Source of the DNA: Minisyncoccota bacterium | Lineage (GTDB): Bacteria > Patescibacteriota > Microgenomatia > UBA1400 > UBA12028 | Direction of reading: 5' to 3' | Length of the DNA: 60,361 nt | Assembly (NCBI GenBank): GCA_003487265.1 | Contig: DNEP01000010.1 | Coordinates: 1-60,361, forward strand | Shown here: piece by piece, positions 50,902 to 58,825 of the stretch | Numbering within the stretch: position 1 is the stretch's first letter | How the letters are laid out: every line of letters starts with the position of its first letter | The notes under the pieces: model-generated | Databases searched by the model: none | The model's input: the letters and a program-made list of their open reading frames with translations, nothing else | What the model was told of the DNA's origin: nothing | Position numbers and translations under genes: made by a program

Positions 50902-51532
50902 AGATCAATTCGGCTTCACTCATATGATCTCTTAAGTTCTGGGTTTTAAGACCCTTCAGTTCTTTGCGACCTTGTACTGATAACTCACTCCATTCTTGAT
51001 GAATAATATTCGTTAAGATCGCGAATTCACGGTTTTTCTCTACGCCATGTGTGCTCCAATAATCAGTTAATTTGTTTCGAGTTTCCTGACCCATCATTCT
51101 CTGTTGTATCCATTTTTCACTTCGACCCTGCTTTTGCCAGTACTCTCTAGAGCGGTTAAGTGCTTTTTCTGGATCACTCATTTCCTGCATTCGCTCATAA
51201 CCAACTTTTGCCAACCAAAGTTTTATCGGCTCAGCTTTTTTAGAAGGTACAGATTGGATGAGGCGTAAAAGAATTTCTGTACTGGCGGCATCTGTTTTGT
51301 AACTTTTTCCATCAGAAGCTGTCATTTTCAGTTGGTTAATTTTTGTAACCACCTGACTGCCTTCATTTCTCAAATTACTTTTCAGTACTTTCCAGTAATT
51401 TCTAGCATCGGAACTGACCTCCAATGCTTGAATTATGTCTACTACAGAAAAGAACCATGTTTCTGTTTTTTCATCGTAAGTACGACGGATTTTGAAGTTT
51501 TCAAAAATAGTAAGAGAAGTAATATTTTCCAT
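50828..51532 (-). CDS. Bro-N domain / DNA-damage-inducible protein D (DinD)-like protein, truncated by frameshift
   Basis: The N-terminus FENFKIRRTYDEKTETWFFSVVDIIQAL is Bro-N-like and the middle region is DinD-like. Confidence 0.65.
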   Translation of the reverse strand: MENITSLTIFENFKIRRTYDEKTETWFFSVVDIIQALEVSSDARNYWKVLKSNLRNEGSQVVTKINQLKMTASDGKSYKTDAASTEILLRLIQSVPSKKAEPIKLWLAKVGYERMQEMSDPEKALNRSREYWQKQGRSEKWIQQRMMGQETRNKLTDYWSTHGVEKNREFAILTNIIHQEWSELSVQGRKELKGLKTQNLRDHMSEAELIFAALAELSTRQIAEHAQTSGLEEK

Positions 51533-51575
51533 CGGCTTAATTTAGATATTGTTAGATTTTTCTCTGGAGCTGGCA

Positions 51576-51603
51576 ACCGTAATTGGCTCGGACCTATTTA
51601 GCC
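51576..51603. repeat. 28-bp imperfect direct repeat, copy 2
   Basis: ACCGTAATTGGCTCGGACCTATTTAGCC. Together with copy 1 it brackets the Bro-N gene. Confidence 0.6.
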
Positions 51604-51894
51604 AGGACGAGTATATCAAACAGTATCTACTCGACCCTGACTTGCCAATTATTTTTAAAATAAAAATCGGTCTTCGCTATTGGGTTACAGCTGACATGAT
51701 TTTACAACATAATGTCTTTAAAGACTATCTTGAGAAAATTAATCCATTTCTATTTTAGAGGTATTTGGCAAACAACGCAAAGATCGAAAAATATGCTAGT
51801 ATCTGGGTACCGAATGATCTTTGCGGCGAACGTACCTTTTCAGGGAGCTGATGGCACAAATTGTGATCCATCTTAGCCGCAGGGACCGAAATTT

Positions 51895-52365
51895 ATGAAA
51901 AAAATAATTGTTGCAATTACCACTAGTACACTTCTCCTGAGTCTATTTACTTTCTTACTTATTCATAAAGATATTGGAACGCTTAGCTATTCGTCTTTGG
52001 CAGTAGTTTCATTATTAGTCGGTTTCGTTATTTACTTTAAGGACGAAATCGGGGAAATTGATTTAAAAAAGATGAAATTAGTTCTTAGAAAAACTCAAAA
52101 GGTGGGGGATAACGTCAATAAAACTGCCAAATCCCTAGCTGAAATTATAGCCAATTTAAGCACATATTCATCTGGATCGTGGTTAAACAGAAAGAAACTG
52201 AACGACGAGGTCGAAAAACTCCTAATCAACATCGATGTTGACCCTAACGAAAGGAAAGAGATACTAGACCTTCCTCGAATTATGGAAAAGGGAATGAAAG
52301 ATATGAAATCTTTAACGCCTGAGGAAAAAGTGAAAGCCGAGGGTGTTTTTAAATTGCAAGAGTAA
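51895..52365 (+). CDS. membrane-anchored hypothetical protein
   Basis: 156 aa with two N-terminal TM helices and then a charged helical region. Confidence 0.55.
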   Translation: MKKIIVAITTSTLLLSLFTFLLIHKDIGTLSYSSLAVVSLLVGFVIYFKDEIGEIDLKKMKLVLRKTQKVGDNVNKTAKSLAEIIANLSTYSSGSWLNRKKLNDEVEKLLINIDVDPNERKEILDLPRIMEKGMKDMKSLTPEEKVKAEGVFKLQE

Positions 52366-52370
52366 AGTCC

Positions 52371-52820
52371 TTATTTTTTCGGTTCCCAATTCTGTATCTC
52401 AATAATGTTGCCTTCGGGATCGGCAGCATATGTGAAAACTAGCGTCCCAGATCCGTAGTCTTTACTAACAACTTCTCCAATTTTTTGTCCACCATTTTCA
52501 ATCATTTTCTCTTGAACTGCCTTTACATCATCAACTGAAAAACAAAGATGTCCTATCCCCATTCTATTTGCCACTGGAGGCAATTTGTCCTCCATCTCTT
52601 CATACTGAAAAATCTCCAAAGTTGGTTCATCTTTCTCATATCCAGGTAAAACTAGATGCATGCCTCTTAATTTGGCATTTTTTACACCAGTCCCTTTTTC
52701 CAGCCAATCACCAAAAAGATTTCTTTCGGATGAAGTTTCTTTACATTCAAAAACCTTGATATAAAAATCAGCTAATTTTCGCCAATCTTTAGCGATAATG
52801 TTGGTGTGCATGTATTTCAT
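52371..52820 (-). CDS. VOC (glyoxalase/bleomycin-resistance) family protein
   Basis: 149 aa; GIGHLCFSVDDVKAVQEKMIENGG and DPEGNIIEI are VOC-like. Confidence 0.75.
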   Translation of the reverse strand: MKYMHTNIIAKDWRKLADFYIKVFECKETSSERNLFGDWLEKGTGVKNAKLRGMHLVLPGYEKDEPTLEIFQYEEMEDKLPPVANRMGIGHLCFSVDDVKAVQEKMIENGGQKIGEVVSKDYGSGTLVFTYAADPEGNIIEIQNWEPKK

Positions 52821-52879
52821 AGTTTGTTTATGTATTTTACTAGTAACTTTCTATCCATTTATAGTGATTTCTGTACATT

Positions 52880-52953
52880 TGGAGCGGGTAAAGGGAATCG
52901 GACCCTCATATTCTGCTTGGAAGGCAGACGCTCTACCACTGAGCTATACCCGC
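52880..52953 (-). tRNA. tRNA-Gly (anticodon TCC), CCA encoded
   Basis: Reverse complement shows acceptor GCGGGTA/TACCCGC, anticodon stem TCTGC/GCAGA with loop CT-TCC-AA, T arm GAGGGTCCGATTCCCTT and a 3' TCCA. Confidence 0.9.
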
Positions 52954-52971
52954 AATTTTCACACCAAGCAA

Positions 52972-54039
52972 TTATGGCGTTGGAATGTCACTAATAATAC
53001 CACAAACTTGTTGATTAACATATTTCAAAATGAGAGATATCGCGGTTAGTTCCACCTGTTCTCGAGAGTGACCGAATGGGCAAGGGACGATCAATTTTGT
53101 TGAAACTGTTATGTCTTTCCCTGCAATCGCGACATACACTGTCCCTGGTTTCGTTGTTGAGTGATATGGACGATGATCAAATGTGTCCATGGTACCTGTT
53201 GTTGCGATCACAAAATCAAGATGATGTTTTTTTCGAATAGATTCAGCCATAGACCTTGCGACCGATTCCGAGTACACATTTCCATATTTCATCAGTTCGG
53301 GTGAGACTCCCAGCATTGCCTTCACTCGTTCGTTGTTTGCCATCCAACCAACATGGAAAACTTCACTTGCACCCGAAATATCGGTGAACGTGTTTGAAAT
53401 TGAAGCCGTAGTACAAGATTCACATGTGCCTAACGTACAATGACGTGATTGCAAATAGGTCAGTATCTTTCGAGCGAGCACATGATTTTCGATAATAATG
53501 GGATTTTTGTTTCTTTTTTCTGTAAATTGAATTGCCACATGATCTGAAATAAATGATTTTTCATCTTCCTTTAAAAAATACAGACCGTGGGAAAAAACCG
53601 ATTGTGCGATCATGGTTTTTAAAAGCCGACGTTCGACTCCGATATCCGGTAAAATGATCTTTTTCACCCACGGCTTTCGATCACGTTGCACATATGCGAT
53701 ACAGACATAGTTATCGACACTTCGAACTGTAGTATTCAATTGTCCAACAGTCGCAACTCCACAATCCGCTCCAGATTTTTGCATCAGCAGTTGCGCCATC
53801 TCAACTGCTGTTTCTGAAGAATACTCTCCAAAACGTGATATTGTTTTTGCAGAAACGCCTAAATTGATTTTTGATGCAGTGCTGTAAAAAACTCCACCCA
53901 TGTGAACGGTTCGAACTGATCCAGGAATTGTACATTGATCGAAAATATGCCCACCTGTTCCTCCTTCAGCAATGCAAATCTGCAGGTTTCGTTGAATGAG
54001 TTCATTTAAAAAAAGTTGAGCAAGGGGACGGTTGATCAT
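52972..54039 (-). CDS. protein with two tandem CinA_C (PncC-type NMN amidohydrolase) domains
   Basis: Domain 1: ICIAEGGTGGHI...PGSVRTVHMGGVFYSTASKINLGV. Domain 2: TLGTCESCTTASIS...SGASEVFHVGWMANNERVKAMLGV...IATTGT. Start ATG 54039 is preferred over the track GTG 54099. Confidence 0.65.
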   Translation of the reverse strand: MINRPLAQLFLNELIQRNLQICIAEGGTGGHIFDQCTIPGSVRTVHMGGVFYSTASKINLGVSAKTISRFGEYSSETAVEMAQLLMQKSGADCGVATVGQLNTTVRSVDNYVCIAYVQRDRKPWVKKIILPDIGVERRLLKTMIAQSVFSHGLYFLKEDEKSFISDHVAIQFTEKRNKNPIIIENHVLARKILTYLQSRHCTLGTCESCTTASISNTFTDISGASEVFHVGWMANNERVKAMLGVSPELMKYGNVYSESVARSMAESIRKKHHLDFVIATTGTMDTFDHRPYHSTTKPGTVYVAIAGKDITVSTKLIVPCPFGHSREQVELTAISLILKYVNQQVCGIISDIPTP

Positions 54040-54113
54040 CACTTCATTTTCAATTGAATTTTTAATGCAAAGTCGTTCCATACGGCGAAATCTTATCACA
54101 CCTCTTTATAAAA

Positions 54114-55550
54114 ATGGATTACAATACCCTCATGAAACAATCCTCACAAAAAGCAACCAAAATCGTCGCGACATTAGGACCTGCCTCGGATTCGCCAGAA
54201 ATGATTCAGCAACTGATCGAAGCTGGGGTGAATGTGTTCCGCTTTAACATGAAACACGCCGACATCGCATGGCATCAGGAGAGAATCAACCTTGTTCAAA
54301 GCATCGCCGATCGTCTGCAATATTCCGTAGGCATCCTGATCGATTTACAGGGGCCAGAAATCCGAATTGAAACCCCTAACAAACAACCTGTATCGGCAAT
54401 AAAAGACGTTCCGCTCTTTTTCAGCCCAATACTGCATGAAAATCGACAAATGATTCATGTTCCACACCCCGAAGTCTTTCTCGCGCTCAAGCCAGGAAAT
54501 CATTTCAGTATTGATGATGGATTTATCGAGTTCGAGGTTGTTTCGCTTGCAGACGGAGGATTTTTCGCAAAACCATTCGATTCTGCAGATATAAAACATC
54601 GAAAAGGATTAAATCTTGTTGGAATTGATGTTGATTTACCTTCACTCATCGAGGATGATCTGTTGAAATTGGATCTCGCGGCACGAAACAAGGTTGATTT
54701 TGTTGCGCTGTCGTTTTGTCGTTCAAAAGAGGATATCGCAATTTTACGATCCGAAATGGACAAACGATCAATAGACGCGATGATCGTCGCAAAAATCGAG
54801 TCCCAAAAAGCGTTGGATAATCTGGATAAAATTATTGAAGCGACCGATGTCGTGATGGTCGCGCGAGGTGACTTAGGTATCGAGGTTCCGATCGAACAAC
54901 TCGCGTATTGGCAAAAAAAGATGATCTCACTCTGTCGCACGCACGCAAAACCCGTGATTACCGCAACTCAAATGCTCGAATCGATGATATTTCAGCCTCG
55001 CCCGACGCGCGCAGAGGCCACGGATGTGGCAAATGCGGTGCTGGATGGAACAGACGCGGTTATGTTGTCTGGAGAGTCCGCCAATGGAAAATACCCCGCA
55101 AAAGCGGTCAGTTTTCTTTCCACAATCGCTCAATTCAACGAACCACACACGCACGTGTCGCTTCCACAAATCCAACCCCCATCGCTCACTTCGGCGGTGG
55201 TGAACTCTGCAATGAGTCTTTTGGAAACGATGGGCGAAGCGATTGAAGCGATTGTCGTGTGCACAGAAACCGGCTCAACCGCGCGAATGATCTCAAGTTA
55301 TCGTCCAAACGTTCGCATCTTGGCAGCAACCGATCGTCAAAAAACGGTCGAAACGCTTACTATGTCCTACGGCGTCCACGCCGAGTGCATGGAGTTTCCG
55401 CATGCGTCATACACAGATTCTTCATTCGTATTACAAACACTTTCAGAACGCGGACTTGTCCAATCTGGGCAACAGGTGATTGTCATTCACGGTGACCGAT
55501 GGATGGAATCTGGATTGACAAATGCTGTGGCGGTTGAAAAAGTGAAATAG
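54114..55550 (+). CDS. pyk: pyruvate kinase
   Basis: Motifs KIVATLGPAS, NVFRFNMKHA, MVARGDLGIEVP and MLSGESANGKYP. Confidence 0.95.
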   Translation: MDYNTLMKQSSQKATKIVATLGPASDSPEMIQQLIEAGVNVFRFNMKHADIAWHQERINLVQSIADRLQYSVGILIDLQGPEIRIETPNKQPVSAIKDVPLFFSPILHENRQMIHVPHPEVFLALKPGNHFSIDDGFIEFEVVSLADGGFFAKPFDSADIKHRKGLNLVGIDVDLPSLIEDDLLKLDLAARNKVDFVALSFCRSKEDIAILRSEMDKRSIDAMIVAKIESQKALDNLDKIIEATDVVMVARGDLGIEVPIEQLAYWQKKMISLCRTHAKPVITATQMLESMIFQPRPTRAEATDVANAVLDGTDAVMLSGESANGKYPAKAVSFLSTIAQFNEPHTHVSLPQIQPPSLTSAVVNSAMSLLETMGEAIEAIVVCTETGSTARMISSYRPNVRILAATDRQKTVETLTMSYGVHAECMEFPHASYTDSSFVLQTLSERGLVQSGQQVIVIHGDRWMESGLTNAVAVEKVK

Positions 55551-55588
55551 AATTCCACACTGCTTTTCGTTATGAAGTCTTTTTAAAC

Positions 55589-56914
55589 TTAGTTCTTTAA
55601 CTTAGTTCCGCAAACACTACAGTAGTTTTCTTCTTCTTCGACATGCATACATTTGTATGTGTTAATTTTGGATAACAATCGAGGAAACATACTGCGCCTA
55701 TCAATACGCACTTCCTTAACAAGACTTGAAGAAAATCGAATTAACGCATCTTCTGAGGAGGTTGCATCCACTAACTGCAAGTTAATAAGTTTCTTTATTT
55801 CTGAATTTTCTATTTGTTCAATATACTGACGTATAAAAAGCATAAGCGTATCCTCACTCTGCTCAAGTCCATATGCATCCCTAATTATTTTATCAAGAGT
55901 GAGATAGATTTCACAAACTTTCATGAGCTCATATGTCAGATGTGCCACTCGTAAACTAATATCAAGTTTTTCGTTATTAAGGTCGATCATTGTATCAAAA
56001 TCGACAAATTCAAATGCTAAAGTAATATTATGAGGAATCAGATTTGCATGAAGAAAACCTCCATTAGCCATTTTTCCCAGATTTAAACTTAAAATATCTC
56101 GCATAAATTTTAAATAATTCGCTACACCAATTTCTATGTTGTCAGTAACCTTGAGTAGCCGCATAGACATCTCAACGTATTCTCTAATGACTTCTTCGCT
56201 TTTGTTTTCGCTTGTAATCACATTCGCACGAATTGGGTTTCTGAATGCTCTAATATCGATAGCAAGTAGTCCAACATCCTGATGAATGTCATGGTCTAAC
56301 CCATATTTATACTTCCCAATAAACGCTTGTTGTTTTTCTAAATTAAAGTCTGCTGGGTTTATTGCAAAGACGCCTATTGATCTTGCAGTTCGAAGTCCAA
56401 TTTTTTGAATCAAACTATCCTGCGTCTCTGCATCAAGAAGAGCATTACGTAAATTTTCTCCACCATATACACTTAAATTTTGATCATTTCTATCAACATA
56501 TCTTGGAGAACTCACTTTTTGTGAACTCGTAATTAACCCTCCGCCTTTTATAACTAATGAGGCATAAATATTTCCTTGGTCATCTTTAAAGAAAAATGGT
56601 GGCTGAGACATCGCTCTTCCTTGTTCCTCATGTGCAATTGCTGTTCTACTTGTTTTGGATTCGTTGACCGTGACACCTCTCACAAGAAGCTGTTGAAACA
56701 CAGATCGAAAAGGAGAATTATTAAAATTTGGCCTTCTGGATTCGCGTATGTATGATAGAGTAGACTGATTAGTATATCCTCTATCCTCGAATTTTCTTTT
56801 TATTGCACCCCATCCTACGAGAGGTAACGCAGAAAAGTGATCAGATAACCATAATGGTACAGAGGGTACTGTTTTTGTAAAAATTTCATTATTCCCTTGC
56901 TCTGGATATTCCAT
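55589..56914 (-). CDS. orphan with protein-kinase-like catalytic-loop motifs and a C-terminal zinc ribbon
   Basis: LVIKGGG (candidate beta3 Lys), GFLHANLIPHNITL (HxNxxxxN), EFVDFDT (DFG-like), and C-terminal C-x-H...CSVC. TATGAT lies 7 nt before the ATG. Confidence 0.35.
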   Translation of the reverse strand: MEYPEQGNNEIFTKTVPSVPLWLSDHFSALPLVGWGAIKRKFEDRGYTNQSTLSYIRESRRPNFNNSPFRSVFQQLLVRGVTVNESKTSRTAIAHEEQGRAMSQPPFFFKDDQGNIYASLVIKGGGLITSSQKVSSPRYVDRNDQNLSVYGGENLRNALLDAETQDSLIQKIGLRTARSIGVFAINPADFNLEKQQAFIGKYKYGLDHDIHQDVGLLAIDIRAFRNPIRANVITSENKSEEVIREYVEMSMRLLKVTDNIEIGVANYLKFMRDILSLNLGKMANGGFLHANLIPHNITLAFEFVDFDTMIDLNNEKLDISLRVAHLTYELMKVCEIYLTLDKIIRDAYGLEQSEDTLMLFIRQYIEQIENSEIKKLINLQLVDATSSEDALIRFSSSLVKEVRIDRRSMFPRLLSKINTYKCMHVEEEENYCSVCGTKLKN

Positions 56915-56997
56915 GAGCTAAATCATACTCTGCATATGAACTTGAATTCAAGGGAGCTTGATAAAGGTAAATTTCACTTGATCTGTTAAGCAATGCT

Positions 56998-57393
56998 CTA
57001 ATAATTCATCACCGTGATCACAACCTGTAACACTGTTGCAAATGAAACCCACAGCAAATACGGGATTTGCGCATATGCAATCCAACGCTCGTGTGAATAA
57101 ATTGCTTTCATTGCCCAAATAAGTGTTCCTAGAACAAGAAAAATATCAATCATTGCAAAGATGTTGCTTTGCAATCCAAACTGTAGCGGAGTGAATGCAA
57201 TATTGAAAATCATGTTGAGTGCAAAAGGGAGAGCTGTTGCGAACTTGATCTTTTTTTTGAGAAATAAATACAACACACGACCAAAAGAAATCGCAATCAA
57301 AAGATATAACATCGTCCATACTGGACCAAACAGCCAAGATGGCGGTGACCACGAGGGTTTTGAAAGTTGCGCGTACCATGAGTAGGTTTCCAT
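56998..57393 (-). CDS. tspO: TspO/MBR family protein (short form)
   Basis: WYAQLSKPSWSPPSWLFGPVWTMLYLLIAIS and AYAQIPYLLWVSFATVL. At 131 aa the usual first TM is missing. Confidence 0.8.
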   Translation of the reverse strand: METYSWYAQLSKPSWSPPSWLFGPVWTMLYLLIAISFGRVLYLFLKKKIKFATALPFALNMIFNIAFTPLQFGLQSNIFAMIDIFLVLGTLIWAMKAIYSHERWIAYAQIPYLLWVSFATVLQVVITVMNY

Positions 57394-57432
57394 ATGTAAA
57401 CAATAGCATCAAGAACTGCAAAATCCAATTCG

Positions 57433-57642
57433 CTAATTCTTGATATATTTTTTTCTTAGTTCATAAAAGAAGATTGTTGGTACATAAAATGTCACGTCTG
57501 CAATAAGTTTTCCCAACACCAACCCCAAAGCAACATTCCCCGTCCATGTTGAAAAGAAATACATCGCCGAAGGTCTAATCACAAAACTATCTAAATATTC
57601 AGCAAACCCAAACCCAAACTCCAGACGTGCTATACTATCCAT
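57433..57642 (-). CDS. small membrane protein
   Basis: Track ORF (TTG 57660) trimmed to ATG 57642. Two hydrophobic helices; function unknown. Confidence 0.4.
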   Translation of the reverse strand: MDSIARLEFGFGFAEYLDSFVIRPSAMYFFSTWTGNVALGLVLGKLIADVTFYVPTIFFYELRKKYIKN

Positions 57643-57685
57643 ACTTCTTTTCAGGCTCAATCTTGAACCTCTTCAGTTTCCCTCT

Positions 57686-58825
57686 ATGCAAAAATATGTG
57701 ATTTATCTATTTCATCTCTATCAACCATCTTGGCAGGAAAAATCAGTGCTCCGCGCGGAATACAATCGAACATATTTTCCGCTTGTGAAAATTCTTGAAC
57801 AAAATCCAAACATTCACATGACGGTAAACATTACTGGTTCACTGACTCAGCAGTTGCTTGATGATGAAAAAACTGAATTTTTTGATCTATTGAAAATGCT
57901 CGTCGATCGAAATCAAGTTGAGCTCACAGGAAGCGCCATGTTTCATCCACTGTTACCACTCATACCAGAAAATGAAATATTGCGTCAAATTCAATTAAAT
58001 GAGGAACTCAATCAAAAAGCATTAGGCGACTCCTGGAAAAAGGCTCAGGCATCACCATTCGGTCGGGGATTTTATCTTCCCGAACTCGCATATTCAGATA
58101 CCGTCGCCCGAGTGATTAGACAAGCAGGATTTCAATGGATAACGGTTGATCAAAGTTCCATGCCGGAAAACAATGTGGACTGGAGCAAAAGATATCAAGA
58201 AAAAAACACTGAATTGCCCCTGCTCATTCATAATCGTATTTTTCATTCAACAAGTGAAGATCGATTTATGGATACGTACAACGTTTTGATCAGCGACGGC
58301 GAAAATCAGATTGACGAACAAAATATGGAAATTGATTGGAATACGTATCTTTATCATACGATTCATGATCATTCCATAATATATCTCACGGCAAACGAGT
58401 ATTTTTCTCAAATTCCTGAGGACAAAATATCGGTCGCATTACATCAAAGCAGTTGGCAAACCTCAGATGAAGATCTTAATGCGAACACTCCATTTCCGTT
58501 GTGGGATATGCCATCAAATGCAATTCATCAACTGCTGTGGTCATTTCTTCGCGACGTACGCGCGGCGGTCATACAAAATCCTCATGATCTTCAAGCATAC
58601 CGCGCGCAGTGCGAACTTGATAGAGGACTTTCGAGTTGCACGTGGTGGTGGGCAGACGGCCGTATCTTAGGATACAACCCGACAAATATTTGTCGTGGCT
58701 TGGAATCCATGATCAGCGCTGTTCGTGCACTCGAAACACTTCAAAAAAAAGAGCGATTGGTGTTTGAAAAACGTTACTCCCAGATTGTTTTTGAAGTTTG
58801 GGCACGGCATTGGAACTCGCAATGA
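57686..58825 (+). CDS. glycoside hydrolase family 57 protein
   Basis: N-terminus FHLYQPSWQ, nucleophile region GFYLPELAYS, and an ATGA overlap with glgA. Confidence 0.7.
   Translation: MQKYVIYLFHLYQPSWQEKSVLRAEYNRTYFPLVKILEQNPNIHMTVNITGSLTQQLLDDEKTEFFDLLKMLVDRNQVELTGSAMFHPLLPLIPENEILRQIQLNEELNQKALGDSWKKAQASPFGRGFYLPELAYSDTVARVIRQAGFQWITVDQSSMPENNVDWSKRYQEKNTELPLLIHNRIFHSTSEDRFMDTYNVLISDGENQIDEQNMEIDWNTYLYHTIHDHSIIYLTANEYFSQIPEDKISVALHQSSWQTSDEDLNANTPFPLWDMPSNAIHQLLWSFLRDVRAAVIQNPHDLQAYRAQCELDRGLSSCTWWWADGRILGYNPTNICRGLESMISAVRALETLQKKERLVFEKRYSQIVFEVWARHWNSQ

Noticed and set aside
51565-51603. tRNA-fragment-like sequence (TGGAGCTGGCA...GGCTCGGACC) as a possible att site
   Set aside because: It has no T-loop GTTCGA(A/T)TC signature and no match to the 3' ends of the tRNAs in this window. 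It is better described as copy 2 of the 28-bp direct repeat.
51549-51758. 69-aa ORF in the Bro-N upstream region
   Set aside because: It has only a TTG start, no promoter or SD geometry and no recognisable motif, and it overlaps the direct-repeat copy. It may be a gene remnant but cannot be supported.
51806-51860. Fluoride (crcB-motif) riboswitch, because of the GCUGAUGGC element
   Set aside because: Only the short UGAUGGC core matches. I could not build the expected P1 hairpin, pseudoknot and AAAC linker convincingly. The downstream gene is not CrcB or a fluoride-related gene.
57394-57660. The 75-aa upstream ORF as the missing TM1 of TspO (same frame)
   Set aside because: Two stop codons separate them, and the 75-aa sequence does not resemble TspO TM1.
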